DNA of 64,000 nt from an uncultured candidatus Porisulfidus sp. (GTDB lineage Bacteria > Pseudomonadota > Gammaproteobacteria > Poriferisulfidales > Oxydemutatoraceae): positions 1,472,001 to 1,536,000 of the forward strand of contig OZ244052.1 of the NCBI GenBank assembly GCA_965215125.1, read 5' to 3'. A model generated the notes under the pieces. That model was not told the origin of the DNA. It ran no database searches and saw only the letters and a program-made list of their open reading frames with translations. The position numbers were made by a program, and so were the translations under genes. Of this stretch, positions 60,431 to 64,000 are shown piece after piece; within the stretch, counting starts at the first letter, position 1, and every line of letters begins with the position of its first letter.

Positions 60431-61792
60431 ATGGCTTCGGCAACTAGGTTTTTCGGTACCGACGGCATCCGAGGACGCGTAGGTCAACCACCGATGGATC
60501 CCAACACCGTACTCAAATTGGGCTGGGCAATCGGCAAAACTTTAGGTGCCGAGCATAATGCAAAGGTACTGGTAGGTAAGGACACCCGCATTTCCGGTTA
60601 CATGTTTGAATCGGCTTTAGAGGCAGGGTTATCGTCTGCCGGTGCCGATATCGGTTTGCTAGGTCCCTTCCCGACACCCGGTATTGCCTATTTGGGCCAA
60701 GCACTGAAAGCCTGCGCAAGCATTGTCATCAGTGCATCGCACAACCCGTATCACGATAATGGGATTAAGATATTTTCCAATCGTGCGACTAAACTTTCCG
60801 ACGCTCAGGAATATGAAATAGAGTATTGTTTGAAGCAACCGCTCGAAGATATAGATATCTCAAGTCTAGGAAAAGCCTTTCGTGTTTTGGAGGCGGAAGA
60901 TCTCTATGTGAATTTTTGTAAGCATGCATTGACATCTGAAGTGAACTTAAGAGGGATCAGAATAGTGCTTGACTGTGCGCACGGTGCAAGCTATCACATC
61001 GCACCTAGAGTTTATTCCGAGTTGGGTGCCGATTTAGAAGTGATAGGTGCGAAGCCTAACGGTTTCAACATCAACGACGGCGTGGGAACGATGCATCCGC
61101 AAATGTTGCAACATCAGGTTATTGAAAATGAAGCCGATTTGGGTATTGCGTTTGACGGCGACGGCGACCGTTTGTTGATGGTAGATGCTTCGGGCAACCT
61201 TATAGACGGTGATCAACTGTTGTTTCTACTCGCCAAGCATGCACACCGAAAGAATTATCTAGACGGTGGAGTGGTGGGCACCACAATGAGTAATCTGGGG
61301 TTGGAACTTGCGCTAGCCGAGTGTCACATTCCGTTTGCGCGCGCCGAGGTGGGCGACCGACATGTGTTGCAAATGCTAAAGCAAAAGCAGTGGTCTTTGG
61401 GCGGAGAGACCTCGGGTCATATCGTATGTTTGGATAAAATGACTACCGGTGATGCGATTATTGCTTCGCTACTTGTGTTGCAAGCACTGATATTGGACGA
61501 CTGCACCTTGGCGGATGCAACCGCGCCTATGGAAAAATACCCACAAGCACTGATTAACATATCAATTGACAAACCCCACAACGGCGATATGCCGAAAATT
61601 GATCCGGAAATTGAGCGTATTATTGATCAGGCATGCAAAGCCTTGGATAAAGAGGGGCGGGTGTTGATTAGACCGTCGGGCACCGAACCGGTGTTGCGTA
61701 TTATGGTTGAATCGCATGCCGAAGATACCAGCCGATTATGGGCTGATCGTATCGCCGACGCTGCGCGCCGACATTTGCCAAGCACCCCCTAA
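60431..61792 (+). CDS. glmM: Phosphoglucosamine mutase
   Basis: Motifs FGTDGIRG, ISASHNP, DGDGDR, GGE.SGH and RPSGTEP. Confidence 0.97.
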   Translation: MASATRFFGTDGIRGRVGQPPMDPNTVLKLGWAIGKTLGAEHNAKVLVGKDTRISGYMFESALEAGLSSAGADIGLLGPFPTPGIAYLGQALKACASIVISASHNPYHDNGIKIFSNRATKLSDAQEYEIEYCLKQPLEDIDISSLGKAFRVLEAEDLYVNFCKHALTSEVNLRGIRIVLDCAHGASYHIAPRVYSELGADLEVIGAKPNGFNINDGVGTMHPQMLQHQVIENEADLGIAFDGDGDRLLMVDASGNLIDGDQLLFLLAKHAHRKNYLDGGVVGTTMSNLGLELALAECHIPFARAEVGDRHVLQMLKQKQWSLGGETSGHIVCLDKMTTGDAIIASLLVLQALILDDCTLADATAPMEKYPQALINISIDKPHNGDMPKIDPEIERIIDQACKALDKEGRVLIRPSGTEPVLRIMVESHAEDTSRLWADRIADAARRHLPSTP

Positions 61793-62562
61793 TGCAATCG
61801 GCGGTTAAGCCCATAGCGATTGCTAATTGGAAGTCGCACGGTAGCTTCAAAGAAAATAAGATATGGACAGAGCGGTTCCGTTCTAGTCGGTTGCCGGAAA
61901 ATATACATTTGGTCATTTGTCCGCCGTTCCCTTACATTCCACAACTACTTGGGCTGTGTGAAGGAATGCAAGTTGCGGTGGGTGCGCAGAACCTAAGTGC
62001 TTATGAACCCGGTGCCTATACCGGAGAAGTTTCGGCGGAAATGCTTAGAGATTTGGGCTGTGAATATGTTATTATCGGACATTCCGAACGGCGTACTCTG
62101 TATGCGGAAGACGATTTACAGCTTGTTAGGAAGTTAAAAAGGGCTTTTGAATGTGGTTTGACACCTATATTTTGTGTGGGAGAGGCATTGCAACAACGAG
62201 AGAGTTCGCAAACCGAAACGGTGTTGAGCCGACAATTATCGGCTGTTGTGTCGGTTCTTAAAAGCCGGTCGTTTGTGCTAGCATACGAGCCGGTTTGGGC
62301 GATAGGCACGGGAAAGAATGCTACACCCGAACAGGCACAGCAAGCGCATAACTTTTTGCGCGAGCAATTAACCGATTGCTTGGGTGAGGCGGCGGACGGT
62401 ATTAGGATTGTATACGGTGGTAGCGTCAATCCGAATAATGCAGAGGCATTGTTTGCCGAGCGCGATATAAACGGAGGATTAGTCGGCGGTGCGTCGCTTA
62501 AAGCCGAAGATTTTTTACAAATATGCAAAACTTTAGGAGAAACAAAGGAACAGACTGACTAG
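61792..62562 (+). CDS. tpiA: Triosephosphate isomerase
   Basis: Motifs ANWK, GHSERR, AYEPVWAIGTG, YGGSV and LVGGASL. Confidence 0.97.
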   Translation: MQSAVKPIAIANWKSHGSFKENKIWTERFRSSRLPENIHLVICPPFPYIPQLLGLCEGMQVAVGAQNLSAYEPGAYTGEVSAEMLRDLGCEYVIIGHSERRTLYAEDDLQLVRKLKRAFECGLTPIFCVGEALQQRESSQTETVLSRQLSAVVSVLKSRSFVLAYEPVWAIGTGKNATPEQAQQAHNFLREQLTDCLGEAADGIRIVYGGSVNPNNAEALFAERDINGGLVGGASLKAEDFLQICKTLGETKEQTD

Positions 62563-62570
62563 GTGTATCT

Positions 62571-63068
62571 ATGCTATACAATTTTTTACTCGGATTAGAG
62601 ACCATACTTTCAATTATCATCGTGGTATTGATTTTGTTGCATCGCGGACGAGGCTCCGAAGCGGGTGCCGTGTTCACCGGTAGTACTTCTGCCACGATGT
62701 CCGGTTCCAGAAGTTCTACATCCTTTTTGACCAAGTTGATTGCGTCACTTTCGTTTGTATTTATACTTAATAGCCTCAGTCTAGCTTATATTGCCAATCG
62801 TGATTTCGGAAGCGGTAGCGTGATATTGGAAGAAGTAACCGAAACCGAAGATCCGGCTATAGATGATCTTTTTATCGACGGCGAGGATGACTTGCCCGTA
62901 GACGACGAGATATTCGTCGACGAATTGATAGACGATATACCCGACGAGATTATAGATGCGGAACCTGAGGGTGATACCTCCGATATCCCTACTCTGGAGG
63001 AACCTGTCCAAGAAACCGAAGCCGAAACCAACCCTCCGTCGGATATTCCGAGCGACGAGAATCCTTGA
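62571..63068 (+). CDS. secG: Preprotein translocase subunit SecG with long acidic C-terminal tail
   Basis: Pattern ILLHRGRG..AGA.F..S...FLTK; tpiA-secG-tRNA-Leu synteny. Confidence 0.92.
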   Translation: MLYNFLLGLETILSIIIVVLILLHRGRGSEAGAVFTGSTSATMSGSRSSTSFLTKLIASLSFVFILNSLSLAYIANRDFGSGSVILEEVTETEDPAIDDLFIDGEDDLPVDDEIFVDELIDDIPDEIIDAEPEGDTSDIPTLEEPVQETEAETNPPSDIPSDENP

Positions 63069-63093
63069 CGTTTGAGAAAACTTTAAGTACTTT
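63065..63093 (+). promoter_or_regulatory. Putative sigma70 promoter for tRNA-Leu
   Basis: TTGACG-N17-TACTTT. Confidence 0.45.
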
Positions 63094-63112
63094 TTAGTAT
63101 GAAATAAACGAT

Positions 63113-63197
63113 GCCGATGTGGTGGAACTGGTAGACACGCTGTCTTGAGGGGGCAGTGGCAATAGCCGTGCCGGTTCGAGTCCGGCCATCGGCACCA
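63113..63197 (+). tRNA. tRNA-Leu(GAG)
   Basis: Acceptor stem GCCGATG/CATCGGC, anticodon arm CTGTC-TTGAGGG-GGCAG, long variable arm, GGTTCGAGTCC and encoded CCA. Confidence 0.97.
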
Positions 63198-63205
63198 TAG
63201 AAACT

Positions 63206-63276
63206 ATTCCCCTCCTTGTAGGGGCGGACTCGTATGTCCGCCCTTAGGGTGGCAGGCGCAGCCTGACAGGGTGGTC
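63206..63276 (+). repeat. Module A with REP module C (63218-63245) in its first loop, 8 bp after the tRNA
   Basis: Same composite structure as 54839..54909. Confidence 0.88.
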
Positions 63277-63341
63277 GTGGCGTGTCCGGCAACTACAGTA
63301 AATATACGCGGAGCAGTTGTATAATCCTAAGGTACAGAATC

Positions 63342-64000
63342 ATGAAAGAACTCATCACCATTAAACAAGCCAGCCTATGGGCGAAAAAGTATTTGAACAA
63401 AAATGTTACAAGTTCGAATATAAGCTACTTGGTACAGTACGGTAAAATCCAAAAATATAACGATAACGGTATTACGACCGTTAACAAGTACGATTTAATT
63501 GATTATTATCAAAGCCGTTACGGACAAAGAGAATATCAATGGAGAGAAAAACTCGGCGACGATCTGAACTGGGCATTGTCTTTTGATACGCTAGAAGAAA
63601 AAGACACCACCAAACATGTCCATCGGTTACACCTTTATAAGGGTAAATTCATTCCTCAACTGGTAGAGTATTTTATAGATCACCATACCGACCGGTTTAA
63701 GACGCAAAGCTACTTCAAAAAGGGCGATATAATCCTAGATCCTTTTTCGGGAAGCGGTACGACACTGGTGCAGGCAAATGAACAGGGAATGCATGCAATA
63801 GGAATTGATATATCGGCATTTAATGTTCTGATAGCCAATGTTAAAGTAATTGAAGTTGACTTCAAAGACCTATACCGAGAAATACAGCGTATGACCGATA
63901 CTCTGCAAAAATTCATTTCCGAGAACAACAACCTGCATTTTGAACACGAACTGCTTGAAGCGTTGAATGTATTTAATAAACGATTTTTTCCTTCGCCGGA
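63342..64000 (+). CDS. Partial DNA methyltransferase (N4C/N6A) with N-terminal HTH-like region
   Basis: Not in the ORF track; read by hand. MKELITIKQAS...HVHRLHLYKGKFIPQLVEYF...ILDPFSGSGTTLV...GIDIS, open to the window end. Confidence 0.88.
   Translation, partial: MKELITIKQASLWAKKYLNKNVTSSNISYLVQYGKIQKYNDNGITTVNKYDLIDYYQSRYGQREYQWREKLGDDLNWALSFDTLEEKDTTKHVHRLHLYKGKFIPQLVEYFIDHHTDRFKTQSYFKKGDIILDPFSGSGTTLVQANEQGMHAIGIDISAFNVLIANVKVIEVDFKDLYREIQRMTDTLQKFISENNNLHFEHELLEALNVFNKRFFPSP

Overview
A 64 kb chromosomal window from a gammaproteobacterium, inferred to be host-associated. Housekeeping blocks are yraN-lpoA-rsmI, ggt-yfhL-coaD, ubiI-ubiH-pepP, zapB-zapA-6S RNA, tupBCA and ftsH-glmM-tpiA-secG-tRNA-Leu. 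Between them are four accessory components. (1) A partial type III secretion cluster with tandem EspA/SseB/Bsp22-like filament genes, SctE, three chaperones, YscE, a candidate effector, SctC and SctD. (2) A partial type II secretion cluster (gspC-D-A-B-E), followed by an operon of a secreted dockerin-like protein and a 4540-aa repetitive surface protein (possible N-terminal cohesin-like domain, C-terminal GlyGly-CTERM anchor), then a rhombosortase. (3) Three DNA methyltransferases with no restriction partner visible in the window. (4) About 11 intergenic loci built from three palindromic modules (A, B, C) that nest inside each other's hairpin loops, with four small coiled-coil/TM (DUF1640-like) genes in or beside them; one gene sits inside a split repeat. 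The best candidates for undescribed systems are the dockerin/cohesin-like GlyGly-CTERM surface assembly and the nested, cargo-carrying repeat system. All family calls come from motif recognition by eye; no searches were run.
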